Shown: positions 37,416 through 48,190 of the stretch, piece after piece
How the letters are laid out: each line of letters opens with the position of its first letter
Numbering within the stretch: the first letter of the stretch is position 1
Assembly (NCBI GenBank): GCA_005222975.1
Contig: NJBI01000003.1
Location: 1 to 64,000, forward strand
Direction: 5' to 3'
DNA from: Promethearchaeota archaeon Loki_b31
Lineage (GTDB): Archaea > Asgardarchaeota > Lokiarchaeia > Sigyniarchaeales > SOKP01
Length of the DNA stretch: 64,000 nucleotides
Made by a program: the position numbers and the translations under genes
The notes under the pieces: model-generated
What the model was told of the DNA's origin: nothing
Database searches by the model: none
The model's input: the letters and a program-made list of their open reading frames with translations, nothing else

Positions 37416-38765
37416 CTAATCTACTTTTTCCGCCATATAAGGCTTCAAAGATATAATCGCTATTGCATACAAAGGAATTACGGATAGTTCGATAAATATC
37501 GAGATCATGAAAGGAGCGCTTGGACCTAAACTATCCCAAGCCAAACCTCCTAGAGTTGGGCCTAAAACAGCACCTAATAAGCTTAACCACTGAGCCGCCC
37601 CAAAAATTTTTCCACGGTGGATTTTTGATATTCGACTGAGGACATTTTGTAAAATTAAGTTCCCCCCCCAAGCAAAAGTTGCGTCAAAAAGTAAAATAAA
37701 ACCAAACATTAATCCCGATGTAGAATTAATTATAAACCAGGTTACTAGCGCCCCTAACCCGCTTACAACTGCAACCCCTAATACGGGATTTACTTTATCA
37801 GCAATCTTACCTAATTTAGGAGCAAATAACAGAGATAAAACCTGAGCGGGAAAACAAATTAACATTACTAGAATAGGCATCTCAACTTTCAATTCTTCAA
37901 TCAAATAAACTTGAAAGAAGGGATACGCTAAAGATTGATTCATACTACTCAACATAAAGGCAATGGTCAACACGCTGAAACCGAAAAAAAATCCCGTCGC
38001 TAAGTTGTTCTTGGGTTTTACAGAAGAATCTGGCATCACTGGTTCTTTAGAAACCATGATTGGTTCGACTGAGGATGGAAATAAATTGAAAATATGCTTA
38101 TCGTATGTAAGTTCTTCGTCGACTTTACGATGAAAAATTATACCTCCAAGAACATTAGATGCAGCAAATAATATCAGTGGACTGTAAACCAAAAAAAGAT
38201 TTTCAGGCGTAAATATAATTGCTAAACCAAAAATAATAACACTAATAATTGATCCAACTAGATTTCCTTTTCCTATCATTCCAGCTCGTTTTCCGAACGC
38301 AAAAGAACGATTTGATTTATTTGACTTCTCAGAAATTAACGTATCTAATGGTGTCCAAAAAAACCCTACAAAAAGCCCTAAAACAAACATCCCAATAGCG
38401 AATAATAATAAAGAAGATAATAAAATACCCAGATACATTAAAATATAGCTTGTCCCACGCCCAAAACTCCCTATTAGGATTAAAAGCTTTTTTGAAACTC
38501 TGTCAGTTAAATAACCAACAAATGGAGCACTGATTAACCCACCCATAGTTTGTATTGAGAATGTAAGCCCCAACACCGTTCCCGTACCTCCTAATAATTG
38601 GATTGTGACGTACGGGATTAAAAATGAGAAAAAAAAGAATCCCATGCTGTTCCAAAAGATAATTCGGATCATAGGAACGAAATCTGGAGTAATCTTCATT
38701 GCGTTTGCTTCTTCTGGCGTACTATCAGAATCAAAATGATTACCGTTATCAAAATTGTGCGACAA
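37416..38765 (-). CDS. MFS transporter
   Basis: GYLTDRVSKK and GKIADKV motif-A variants. About 12 TM. Confidence 0.88.
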   Translation of the reverse strand: MSHNFDNGNHFDSDSTPEEANAMKITPDFVPMIRIIFWNSMGFFFFSFLIPYVTIQLLGGTGTVLGLTFSIQTMGGLISAPFVGYLTDRVSKKLLILIGSFGRGTSYILMYLGILLSSLLLFAIGMFVLGLFVGFFWTPLDTLISEKSNKSNRSFAFGKRAGMIGKGNLVGSIISVIIFGLAIIFTPENLFLVYSPLILFAASNVLGGIIFHRKVDEELTYDKHIFNLFPSSVEPIMVSKEPVMPDSSVKPKNNLATGFFFGFSVLTIAFMLSSMNQSLAYPFFQVYLIEELKVEMPILVMLICFPAQVLSLLFAPKLGKIADKVNPVLGVAVVSGLGALVTWFIINSTSGLMFGFILLFDATFAWGGNLILQNVLSRISKIHRGKIFGAAQWLSLLGAVLGPTLGGLAWDSLGPSAPFMISIFIELSVIPLYAIAIISLKPYMAEKVD

Positions 38766-38940
38766 TTAAAAAAGCTCCCCTAAAACTATTATGTTTAATA
38801 AAAATCCATTTCCTAAAAAGTTCGTTATTTTAAGTTTTAACATAAATTTATGGAATAAATGAATAAAACTTAATTTTTTAAGAAGATTTTTCTTAATACA
38901 ACTTATCAATTAGAAAACAAAAATAAATTTTTAGAGAAAA

Positions 38941-39939
38941 ATGTTAACTCCAGAACACGTTAAAGAAATTTTAAAAGATTACACCGTTAATCTTCGATTC
39001 CACGCACGCGGGGGGCAAGGAGGCGTTACTGCTTCTAACCTATGCGTCGAAGCTTTTTATGGCTATGGCGTCTGTCAACCGAGATTTGGAGCAGAACGAA
39101 TGGGAAGTCCCACTGAAAGCTATGTTAGGCTTTCTGCGAACTCAGATTTAGTAAGGTCAAATGAACAAGTGTATGGCCCTCATTTCGTAGCTGTGTTAGA
39201 TGAATCGTTACTCTCAGAAGTAGATGTAACTGCTGGCGTACCTAAAGGTGGTTGGTTGATAGTAAATACCGTAATGGACCAACTAACCATTCAAGAAGCT
39301 GTAAAGAGAAAAGACATAAATATTGCTACAATCGATGCGACCCGAATTGCTCTAGATGTTTTAGGTCGAAATATTACAAATACTATTATATTAGGTGCTT
39401 TAATAAGAATCTCTCACCTCTTTACTCTCGAAGAATTATCTAATGCTATCATGAAGCGATTCAAAGGAGCTATAGCTGGAAAAAATATCGAAGCAATAAA
39501 GCAAGCAATTGAAGAAACTTGCATATTTGACATCGGAGTCGAGCCAGATTTTACCGTTGACACTAAAGTACCGTGGCAACAAATAGATTTAGGCTTACCT
39601 GGATATAAGGAATTAGATAAAGCGGGTGTTTGGTATTGCGACGAAAAAGTAATCCCTGTTGGAAGCGACCAAGTTAATACTGGCTCGTGGGGCGAATGGG
39701 ATATGATTTGGGACGCGGAAACGTGTACAAATTGTGCTCAGTGTTGGTTTATTTGCCCTGATTTTGCCATTATTAGAGAAAAAAGGGAAGACGACAAATA
39801 TCATATGATTGGAATTGATCTACTTCATTGTAAATCATGTTTAAATTGTCTAAATATCTGCCCTGTTCAAGCAATAAGTAAAAAATTGAAACAAGGACCG
39901 GCTGCTTGTGCAGTACCAGAAGAAAGTGGAGGTAATTAA
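38941..39939 (+). CDS. 2-oxoacid:ferredoxin oxidoreductase gamma-delta fusion
   Basis: RGGQGGVTA and FGAERMGSP (gamma). NTGSW plus two CxxCxxCxxxCP (delta). Confidence 0.9.
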   Translation: MLTPEHVKEILKDYTVNLRFHARGGQGGVTASNLCVEAFYGYGVCQPRFGAERMGSPTESYVRLSANSDLVRSNEQVYGPHFVAVLDESLLSEVDVTAGVPKGGWLIVNTVMDQLTIQEAVKRKDINIATIDATRIALDVLGRNITNTIILGALIRISHLFTLEELSNAIMKRFKGAIAGKNIEAIKQAIEETCIFDIGVEPDFTVDTKVPWQQIDLGLPGYKELDKAGVWYCDEKVIPVGSDQVNTGSWGEWDMIWDAETCTNCAQCWFICPDFAIIREKREDDKYHMIGIDLLHCKSCLNCLNICPVQAISKKLKQGPAACAVPEESGGN

Positions 39940-39940
39940 A

Positions 39941-41167
39941 ATGTCAGTAGAACCAATGAAATTATTTTTCAAAGAGATTAAAGAGCCCATCGAGACGGCA
40001 ATGATTGGGAATTACGCTGTGGCCGGGGGAGTTACCCAAACGGACCCTGATGTAATTTGTGCATTCCCTATTACCCCTCAAACTCAATCCGTTGAGGGAT
40101 TATCTGATGTCGTTCATCAAGGAAGATTAAAAGCGGCTTTCGTTAATGTCGAATCCGAATTAGCCGCTATGAGTTATTCAACGGCAGCTTGCGCTGCTGG
40201 TGCCAGAACTTTTACTGCTACAGCATCACAAGGCTATTTATTAATGACTGAAGCCTTGCCTATGGCCGTAGGTTGGCGCGTCCCGTTAACGATGATGATT
40301 TCAGCAAGAGCTTTTAATGCTCCCAATCTTTCTATATGGAACAGTTGGAGTGATTTCGTTTTGTTTGACGTTGGGTGGAATTGTATCGTTTCAGAAAATG
40401 TGCAAGAAACCTACGATGCAGCAATTTTGTCAGTTATGATGTCTGACAATTCTTTGTTTCCAACTATGTTTGTACACGACGGTTTTATTATTTCTCATTC
40501 CGTTCAGAAATTATGGTTAATTCCAGACGAGATTGTACGGAAATTAACGCCAAAAAAGTCTCGCCACACAATTTCAACTGAGCGTCCTGGTGTATGGGGC
40601 GGTATTGTAACACCAAGCTTTTTCATGGAGGGACGAAAAAATCTTGATGAAGCAAAGAAACCCGTGTTAGATATAATGAAAAAGGCGTTCGAAGAATTCG
40701 GAAAAGCGACTGAGCGCTATTATAACTTAATTGAAACCTACAACTTAGATAACTCTTTAAAAACGGCTTTTATTACTATGGGATCGATGTGTGGAAACAT
40801 CATTAGTTGGATGACAAAAAACAAAGATATAGGATTAATCAAAATCAGAGCATACAGACCTTTTCCTTACGAAGAGTTACAAAAGATTGTCCAAGAGCAT
40901 AACATAGAAAAATTAATTATTCTAGAAAAATCAGATTCGCTAAATAATCTTTTACCACCATTTGCCACTTCAATAGCTACGGCGTTATATCCGCTTAAAA
41001 CTCTATTCAGATGCTATATTGTAGGACTAGGTGGGCGGGATGTTACTCGAGATGAGTTCGCGATCGCAAAGAAGAAAATGGAATCTGTTAACGATATGAA
41101 AGGACAGCTCTATAGTTACCTTGGCGTACGGGAGACCAAAGATAAAATCTATGAGGTGAACAGATAA
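39941..41167 (+). CDS. porA: 2-oxoacid (pyruvate-type):ferredoxin oxidoreductase alpha subunit
   Basis: FPITPQT, VESE, TATASQG, DGFIISH, RPFP, GLGGRD. ATG at 39941 follows a GGAGGT RBS. Confidence 0.88.
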   Translation: MSVEPMKLFFKEIKEPIETAMIGNYAVAGGVTQTDPDVICAFPITPQTQSVEGLSDVVHQGRLKAAFVNVESELAAMSYSTAACAAGARTFTATASQGYLLMTEALPMAVGWRVPLTMMISARAFNAPNLSIWNSWSDFVLFDVGWNCIVSENVQETYDAAILSVMMSDNSLFPTMFVHDGFIISHSVQKLWLIPDEIVRKLTPKKSRHTISTERPGVWGGIVTPSFFMEGRKNLDEAKKPVLDIMKKAFEEFGKATERYYNLIETYNLDNSLKTAFITMGSMCGNIISWMTKNKDIGLIKIRAYRPFPYEELQKIVQEHNIEKLIILEKSDSLNNLLPPFATSIATALYPLKTLFRCYIVGLGGRDVTRDEFAIAKKKMESVNDMKGQLYSYLGVRETKDKIYEVNR

Positions 41168-41168
41168 G

Positions 41169-42254
41169 ATGTCAAAACCAGAAAGAAATGTAATTAAATT
41201 CGAAGATATCTTAGCAAGAGATGGCAAATGTAACGTTTTATTTTTAAACTACGATAACGAAGCTTTTATGAACACTGGGATTCAAGAATCAGGCGCTACA
41301 CCACCTCACGCTTCGACAACCACTGGACCCGGTGGAGAAAAAATTCCCGGTAAAGTTGGTATAAAACAAGATTTAGTTACTCCTTTTGCTTTTTATGGGA
41401 CAAAATCGTTATTTTTAGCAACGGCAAACCCCGCTTATCCAGCAGATTTTATGGGAAAAGTTGCTGATGCGTTAAAGTCAAACGGATCTGCTTTCATTCA
41501 ATCAATAGCTGATTGCATGAGAGGATGGCGACATCCAGCCGAAGACGCCGTGAAAATTTCAAAATTAGCTACAGATTGCGGTTATTGGCCTCTTTACACT
41601 GTTAGAGTAAAAGATGGCATTCCAACATTTTCTTATTATCGTGGATTAGATATAGATAAGGAGAAATTTGTAGAATACTTAAAATCTATGGGTCGGTTTA
41701 GACATCTCTTTAAGCCACAGTTCTTAGAAAAAGAAATTGACGAATTAATTTACTATACTGAACAACGTAACCTTAAACTAAAAGGGCTTATTGAACAGTT
41801 TGGAGCCGAAAAGCCAATAGACTTTTATCAGGTAAATCGAAGAACTTTAGAACCTCAACAACATCTCCATCCAGGACACGGATTATGCCCAGGGTGTGGC
41901 GCAGGAATGGTCTTGAATCAGATGGCTACAGCAGCTACAGCAGTCGCGGGTAACAACATTATTTATGTGAATAATACGAGTTGCAGTGAAGTATCGACAG
42001 CGAAAGATTTTGTGACTTCTTGGAAAGTTCCTTGGGTTCACCACTTATTTGAAAGCGGAGCTACTATAGCTGAAGGAATAAGCACAACTTATAAAATTCT
42101 TAAATCTAAAGGTTTGTTCAATGGAGAGGTACCGTATGTTATACACATTGCCGGCGACGGTTCTACATACGATATTGGATTTCAATTTCTCAAAGCTGCT
42201 CTCATTCGAACGAGTTCTTTCGTAGAAATGAACGAATACTTGAAACAAAATTAA
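41169..42254 (+). CDS. porB: 2-oxoacid:ferredoxin oxidoreductase beta subunit, circularly permuted
   Basis: YDNEAFMNTGIQ at the N-terminus; GHGLCPGCG, NNTSC and GDGSTYDIG in the C-terminal third. Confidence 0.88.
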   Translation: MSKPERNVIKFEDILARDGKCNVLFLNYDNEAFMNTGIQESGATPPHASTTTGPGGEKIPGKVGIKQDLVTPFAFYGTKSLFLATANPAYPADFMGKVADALKSNGSAFIQSIADCMRGWRHPAEDAVKISKLATDCGYWPLYTVRVKDGIPTFSYYRGLDIDKEKFVEYLKSMGRFRHLFKPQFLEKEIDELIYYTEQRNLKLKGLIEQFGAEKPIDFYQVNRRTLEPQQHLHPGHGLCPGCGAGMVLNQMATAATAVAGNNIIYVNNTSCSEVSTAKDFVTSWKVPWVHHLFESGATIAEGISTTYKILKSKGLFNGEVPYVIHIAGDGSTYDIGFQFLKAALIRTSSFVEMNEYLKQN

Positions 42255-42365
42255 TTTTTTTTATTCTTTTTTATTCAAAATTATTGCTATCAAGCTTAAA
42301 ATTTCTGTTTTTTAAAGTAAATAAAAATCTAGAAAAAAAAGTAAAAAGAATAAAAAAGAGATTGA

Positions 42366-42605
42366 TTAAGGTAAAAATTGAGAGAGAATTATAATTGCTG
42401 GATTTAAAATCGAGCTATCACCCTCCCAGAATCTCCCTTTAGAACTTTCTATTCTAAAGCCACTTAGAGAATCGATGGGAAATTCTATTCGTCCTTTTTT
42501 TTGGGTCTCGATAAAAAATGTTTTCTTATATATTCCACACCCAGTTAGCCTAAATATTAACAGAGAATGCTCAGACCCATCCTTCAAGGTAATTATTATA
42601 TCCAT
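42366..42605 (-). CDS. Small hypothetical protein, paralog of the adjacent gene
   Basis: Shares I.LKDG.....I.RL...GI....FFIE..K.GR.E.P.DS..GF.IE with 42679-42933. Confidence 0.75.
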   Translation of the reverse strand: MDIIITLKDGSEHSLLIFRLTGCGIYKKTFFIETQKKGRIEFPIDSLSGFRIESSKGRFWEGDSSILNPAIIILSQFLP

Positions 42606-42678
42606 TTGATCCCACCTTCTTGATTTTAAATTTTATTTTATTTTATATATTGTTTTAAAATTATTTGTATAGAAATAG

Positions 42679-42933
42679 TCATGTCAATTGTTTAGAAAGA
42701 ATTCCAACTGCTGTAATTAAAATCGTCATATTACTCTCATGAAGAAGATATGTACGTGCGGTCTCAATCTTAAAACCATCAATAGAATCAAGAGGAATTT
42801 CAAGACGACCTTCTTTATGGTTTTCAATAAAAAAGTTATTCTCGTTAATACCAGATGCTTTTAATCTATCAATTATCATTTTATATTGAGTCCCATCTTT
42901 TAAGAAAATAATTAAATCCAATAGATTCACCAT
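42679..42933 (-). CDS. Small hypothetical protein, paralog of the adjacent gene
   Basis: Same conserved pattern as 42366-42605. Confidence 0.75.
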   Translation of the reverse strand: MVNLLDLIIFLKDGTQYKMIIDRLKASGINENNFFIENHKEGRLEIPLDSIDGFKIETARTYLLHESNMTILITAVGILSKQLT

Positions 42934-43040
42934 TTTTAAACTTCAATTATGAATATTAATATTAATCTACTTATACTATAAAAAGCTTTAAAAAAAAAAT
43001 TAGTTATTAATGCTATGAAGTCGGAGACTATAATAAAATA

Positions 43041-44273
43041 TCATTTTAGACGAAATATCTTTTTTGGGTTTTCATATAACATTTTATTTCCGATATCTAC
43101 CGCATCGCTAAAAGAAAACTTCTTAGCTTCAATAAAATCAACAAGTACTTCTGCTAAAATGTCCTTGATTAATAATAACGAGCCGCAAGTTCCCTCTAGA
43201 TTTTCACAATCTCCCCCAAAAGCAAAGACTTTATCGGTACAATTCATTTCAATCAGTCCATACAATAATCTTTTAGTAGCAGATTGACTGAGAATAGGCA
43301 TCCAACATAGATCCACGTAGGCATTAAATCTTTGAGTCAAAATACCGGGTATTGTATGATGAAAAGGATAGCCGCCATGAAATATATCAAATTTTACGTC
43401 CGAAAATTTTCTCATTATATCCATAAGATAAAGAGGATTGGTTTCTACCATAGTAGCCAATCCTGTATGAACTTGAACGGGCATTTTTTCTTTTTTTGCA
43501 TATTCTAAAAGAGAGGTTACGACATAATTACCCCATCTTCTCATTTCCTTCTCGTCGATAAAACCTTCTTTTTTCTGAATTTTTTTAAAAATTTCAGTAA
43601 TTTTTCCGTCTTCATTTCTTTCATACAAAAAATGAATTGACCGTTCATAGGCAGATCCTATTTTAATTACATTTGCCATATAGCGCAAAGAGGAGAAATA
43701 TTTTTCAAGAACATCATCAAAATCATCTAGTGTATCAAGCGATTGATTAATATTTTCACCATATAACTCAATCTGATGTTTATAGATCGTAGGGCGATAT
43801 TTATAAGTGTCTACCCTAACAAACGGGAAAGTAACCTCATCAATCCTAATGGTTGTTTGAACGATAGGATGTTTCCAATGTTCCCATAAGTACGGCTTAA
43901 TATCTAGAATTACGTTTGTTATATTTAACTTCTGTGTAAGAGTATCATACATATAGTTTGGGTCTTTATATGCCTCTTTAATTTTGTTATTTAATATTTC
44001 CATTTTTTCAGGTTTTATGGGAAGTATATCAATATCATATAATTGTTTAAATGCTAAGCGAAGTGAATTTAATGCATCTGATCCTATCCTTTTTTGCAAG
44101 GTTCCACAAATATTCTTAATCTTTCTTGGTGAATGTATATAAGCCCCATTTAAAACTTTAGCTAAATCTATAGTTGGTTTTTGAGGATGATAATTCCCCA
44201 CATCACCAAAGTGCTCATGAGTATCAAAAATTTGAACCCATTCTGAAATTAAATTATCTTTTAACATTTTCAA
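43041..44273 (-). CDS. Amidohydrolase family protein
   Basis: DTHEH, QVHTG, FHGGYP, FGGD. Confidence 0.85.
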   Translation of the reverse strand: MKMLKDNLISEWVQIFDTHEHFGDVGNYHPQKPTIDLAKVLNGAYIHSPRKIKNICGTLQKRIGSDALNSLRLAFKQLYDIDILPIKPEKMEILNNKIKEAYKDPNYMYDTLTQKLNITNVILDIKPYLWEHWKHPIVQTTIRIDEVTFPFVRVDTYKYRPTIYKHQIELYGENINQSLDTLDDFDDVLEKYFSSLRYMANVIKIGSAYERSIHFLYERNEDGKITEIFKKIQKKEGFIDEKEMRRWGNYVVTSLLEYAKKEKMPVQVHTGLATMVETNPLYLMDIMRKFSDVKFDIFHGGYPFHHTIPGILTQRFNAYVDLCWMPILSQSATKRLLYGLIEMNCTDKVFAFGGDCENLEGTCGSLLLIKDILAEVLVDFIEAKKFSFSDAVDIGNKMLYENPKKIFRLK

Positions 44274-44412
44274 TCATTTGAAGGTTTGTTTTTAAATAAA
44301 AGTACACTCGAAAAATAAAGTTTATCTAAAGTTTGAGATAAATACTAATGGTTTTTAGGATTAAGTCTAATTAATATCATTCATTTTCATAAGAAAAAAT
44401 GATGGGTTAAAA

Positions 44413-45573
44413 ATGGCATTATCAAAACGTGAACGTGTATTCAAAGCTCTCGAGCTTGATGGAAAACCAGATATGGTTCCTATACATTTGTTTGGCTTTG
44501 AGCAAACAGGGCTTTCTTTCCAAGCTTTTAAAGAATCAGAAGAAAGGAAAAGATATCATAGTTCCGTAAAAAATACGAAATCTAACGTTAAATACTATAT
44601 TACAGAACAACGCTTTTGGAATGCCGATCTTTATGGAATGGACCCATTTGGGGAAAACAAAATAAAAGTGAGATACGAAAACGCACCTCCTGAGTACGCT
44701 GGCTGTCGTCTTAATAGGATGGACGGTAGGTTATATAGAACCGTGAAGCAAGTTAATACAGGTTTGGAATATGCTTGGTATGTTGGTGGTTATTTTACAA
44801 ATCCGGAGATCTTGCACTCTTATTGGGATCAGTATGGAAAACCAACCGAATTGATTAACGATAGGGTTAAATACTCGACTCAAAAATGGGAAGGTTTTGT
44901 TGAAGCTCTTGCACCTTATTTCTATCCAATGGCAAATTTACCCCTAAATCCCTCTGAAGTTTTAATTGGGGGTCTTTCTTTTACTCGTTTTGCTTATTAT
45001 ATACGAAAAAACCCCCGATTTATTCACGAAATTATGGACGAATACACGAAGGTTGATATTGAAATAATTAAGCGGTTAGCTGAAGTAGGCGTTGATATAG
45101 TTATGTTTGGCGATGATTTGGGTTATAAAGACAATGGATTCTTTTCTTTAAAGGTTTTTCGAGAATTTATCCTTCCATATCACAAAAGAATTTACCAAAC
45201 ATGCAAAAAAAGGGGTGTGTTAGTTGTACTACATTCTTGTGGGAAAATTGATCAATACTTACCCGATTTGGTTGATATTGGTCTTAATTGTATTCAATCT
45301 TTAGAAGCAACAGCAGGAGTTGACTTAGCTGGGTTAAAAAAATCGCTAGGGGATCGTTTGTGCTTTATGGGTGGATTGGACTCCTCAGGGGTTTTAACTC
45401 ATGGAACCCCCGAAGATGTGTATGAAAATGTAAGGAGCACAATAAAGAAAGCTGGTAAAGGTGGTGGATTCTTCGTAGGACCTAGTCACGACATCTTAAA
45501 TATGCCGTGGGAGAATGTTTTAGCAATGAGAGCAGCTATAGAGAAATACCGAAAATATCCATTAAACCTTTGA
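44413..45573 (+). CDS. Uroporphyrinogen decarboxylase/MtaA-like family protein
   Basis: GDDLG, LHSCG, GGLD, GGGF..GPSH. Confidence 0.85.
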   Translation: MALSKRERVFKALELDGKPDMVPIHLFGFEQTGLSFQAFKESEERKRYHSSVKNTKSNVKYYITEQRFWNADLYGMDPFGENKIKVRYENAPPEYAGCRLNRMDGRLYRTVKQVNTGLEYAWYVGGYFTNPEILHSYWDQYGKPTELINDRVKYSTQKWEGFVEALAPYFYPMANLPLNPSEVLIGGLSFTRFAYYIRKNPRFIHEIMDEYTKVDIEIIKRLAEVGVDIVMFGDDLGYKDNGFFSLKVFREFILPYHKRIYQTCKKRGVLVVLHSCGKIDQYLPDLVDIGLNCIQSLEATAGVDLAGLKKSLGDRLCFMGGLDSSGVLTHGTPEDVYENVRSTIKKAGKGGGFFVGPSHDILNMPWENVLAMRAAIEKYRKYPLNL

Positions 45574-45590
45574 GAGTTATTAGCGAAATA

Positions 45591-46847
45591 CTATACGAGG
45601 TTTTTTTCAGTCATAGAACTATTAATCTCCTTAAGCAAATCTTTTTTAAACTTGTTATTTAACTCAATTCCATTTAATATTAAGAACTCCTCTAATTCGT
45701 CTTTCGTTATTTTCTTTTTCCCTTGCTTTTCTATCCAATTCCTTGCTTTAAATATTAATTTGCCATCATTACCGCCCATAAATTTCGGTAAGTAGAGATT
45801 TGTAATAAATTCTGTTCGGTAGAAGGTCCTTACAAATAACCCTTTGCTGTCAAGATTTTTATATAAATTAGAAACTTGCTCTGGCGAGGCATCTATTACC
45901 AAATTTTTACCTACTTTTTGAATTTTCTTATAAAGTGATATCCATATTTCTGATCCCATTGGTGCACTTCCTGCACCTGGAACCCATTGAATCCCCGTTA
46001 TCGCAGGTTCGGCTAATAAGGGATCTAAGTGATGAAGTGCGTTGGGACCATCTAAATGGTAAATTATGTAATCTAAATGTTCTGCTTGAGCTACAAGATC
46101 AGGTAAGGCAAACCTTTTAAACCATTTTGGGTTTAACATCGCACTAAAATCACATTGCATAGGATAACTCCTTTTTCTACACCAGACATTGAGCCAACTA
46201 CTACATCCATTTCCATATTTATCAATAATATCTTGTAATTTATCATAAACATGTAATAGTTTTTCAAGTATGATTGAACGACACGTATCAATAATTTCAG
46301 GCTTTCTCTTCATAGCTAAAATTATATTAGTTGGTCCTAAAAATGCTGAAAGCGTATCTAAAACACCCCCTAAATCAGTTTGTGCTATTGTATAGTTTCT
46401 ACCTGCTCGTTTTGCAGCATATTCAGTAATTCTTAATAATCGTGAATACCATTCATTGTTTTGATTTAATTTGACGCTTTCAAGATATTCTGTTAGATCC
46501 TCTATTTTTATTGGGCGACTAAACCAAACTGTACTCGATTGGAATTTTGGTTTAACTCCAAAAACTGCTGCCACAATTCCAGGACCATAATTCGGGAAAT
46601 AACGAGGCATAGACTCACCCCCATAATATGTAATTTCGGCTCGCTTTTCAAACCCATCAAGAGCATTTTCAATTCCTTCATGGTCTTGTGCTAAATCCCA
46701 ATTTTCACCAACGATATCTAAATACGCACCAAGTTTTCCCCTTTTTTTAGGAAAATAATAACTAAAAACAGGACGATCAATTATTTCTCGATCCCACCAC
46801 GCACTCATTCGCTCTTTCGCTTCATCAATATCCTCTTTATATTCCAT
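45591..46847 (-). CDS. UroD/MtaA-like TIM-barrel protein
   Basis: NYGPG, DLGG..D, QCDFSAM, YHLDGP, IQWVPGAG. Confidence 0.75.
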   Translation of the reverse strand: MEYKEDIDEAKERMSAWWDREIIDRPVFSYYFPKKRGKLGAYLDIVGENWDLAQDHEGIENALDGFEKRAEITYYGGESMPRYFPNYGPGIVAAVFGVKPKFQSSTVWFSRPIKIEDLTEYLESVKLNQNNEWYSRLLRITEYAAKRAGRNYTIAQTDLGGVLDTLSAFLGPTNIILAMKRKPEIIDTCRSIILEKLLHVYDKLQDIIDKYGNGCSSWLNVWCRKRSYPMQCDFSAMLNPKWFKRFALPDLVAQAEHLDYIIYHLDGPNALHHLDPLLAEPAITGIQWVPGAGSAPMGSEIWISLYKKIQKVGKNLVIDASPEQVSNLYKNLDSKGLFVRTFYRTEFITNLYLPKFMGGNDGKLIFKARNWIEKQGKKKITKDELEEFLILNGIELNNKFKKDLLKEINSSMTEKNLV

Positions 46848-46998
46848 AAAAGAAATATCAAAACAAAACAAATTAATCTTTACATTTTACAATTCTGTAG
46901 TACACTCAAACTTGAATAGGAGGTTAAAAAATTAAAAAGAGTTGGTTGAGAGAGAAAGACAGAAACCTGAAGATTTTGGAATAGCTTCTTTTTTTCTT

Positions 46999-47901
46999 TT
47001 AATAGAAGGGTTGATCTTTAATATTTGGTAGTTCTATTTGGGGAGCAAATTTTTTAATATATTCAATAGACTTTAATGCTTCGCTTCTTGGTAGTTCAAA
47101 GACTATTGGTCCTGTAAAATTTCTCTGGTGAAGTAAATTTAAAAACTCCGGTGGAAAGTTCTTCCCCGTACCTAAAGCACCATGATCAATAATTCCTTTT
47201 TCAGCGTAGTCTTGTAAATGAATTTCACCTGTGATATCTAAATATTTTTCCGCAATATCAACCAAATCGCATTCTCCCGAGAAACCACCTAGAGTATGTG
47301 CCGTATCAATACATAATTTCGTACCTAATTCCTCAATGATTTTAATTGTAGCTTCAAATGGAAACACGATATTTTCGATCGCAATTTTATTTCTATCTAT
47401 TCCTGTCCTTTTAATAATTTCTTTTATGCTCTGAATTGATAAATCTGCGAACAAATTTGTTGCAACGGGATAGATATCTGGATCCATTATAAAATTCATT
47501 GCATCAGCAATAAATTCGCCCGTTGCATGTAATACATAGACTTCTATATCATCTTCTAATTCGATAAAGGTATTATACGCATCAACTATCGAGTTTATAC
47601 TTCCTTCACGAATGAATTTGTTAGGACTTGCAAGTTCAATGCTTATGAAAGGAAAATGTGCTGAATAAGTAATATCATATTTTTGTTTTATACTCTTAAT
47701 TTTCTCAATTTCTTGCTCTGTTATCTGAATAGGAAATAGTTGGAAGATATCTAGTACAATCTCGCAGTGTTTATATCCCGCTTTAGCAACTCCCTCGATA
47801 AGATCCGAGAGCCTAAATTGTGCTAATCCCGCCAAACCCTTTTCTTTTAGGATTTTATCAATGACAAGATCGAGTGATAAAGGGGAAATTCCAAATCTCA
47901 T
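46999..47901 (-). CDS. AP-endonuclease-2/xylose-isomerase-like TIM barrel protein (possibly CbiR-like)
   Basis: SAHFP, IEN, DTAH, IHLQD, DHGALG.G, VFE. Confidence 0.75.
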   Translation of the reverse strand: MRFGISPLSLDLVIDKILKEKGLAGLAQFRLSDLIEGVAKAGYKHCEIVLDIFQLFPIQITEQEIEKIKSIKQKYDITYSAHFPFISIELASPNKFIREGSINSIVDAYNTFIELEDDIEVYVLHATGEFIADAMNFIMDPDIYPVATNLFADLSIQSIKEIIKRTGIDRNKIAIENIVFPFEATIKIIEELGTKLCIDTAHTLGGFSGECDLVDIAEKYLDITGEIHLQDYAEKGIIDHGALGTGKNFPPEFLNLLHQRNFTGPIVFELPRSEALKSIEYIKKFAPQIELPNIKDQPFY

Positions 47902-48190
47902 ATGAATTAATATGAAATTCTCATAATAAGTTTAATTGAGTTTAAACACTATTAGCAACATGATAAACTGATGGAATTGGTTAAAATTTTTATTAAAAAT
48001 AGCCCTCTATTTTTAATTATCTCCATCAATAACGTCAAGGGAAATAAAATATACTTGACATGAGAGATTATTTATCCAGAGTATTTAAAAGTATTAGGAT
48101 TGAATTTTTACAAAAAACTATATTATTATATTTGAATACAGCAAATATCTATTTACTATATATCTACAATCGGATAAAATTTAGCTAAAA

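Noticed and set aside
39908-39940. GTG start of PorA given in the ORF track
   Set aside because: ATG at 39941 follows a GGAGGT RBS and the upstream stop, so it is the more likely start.
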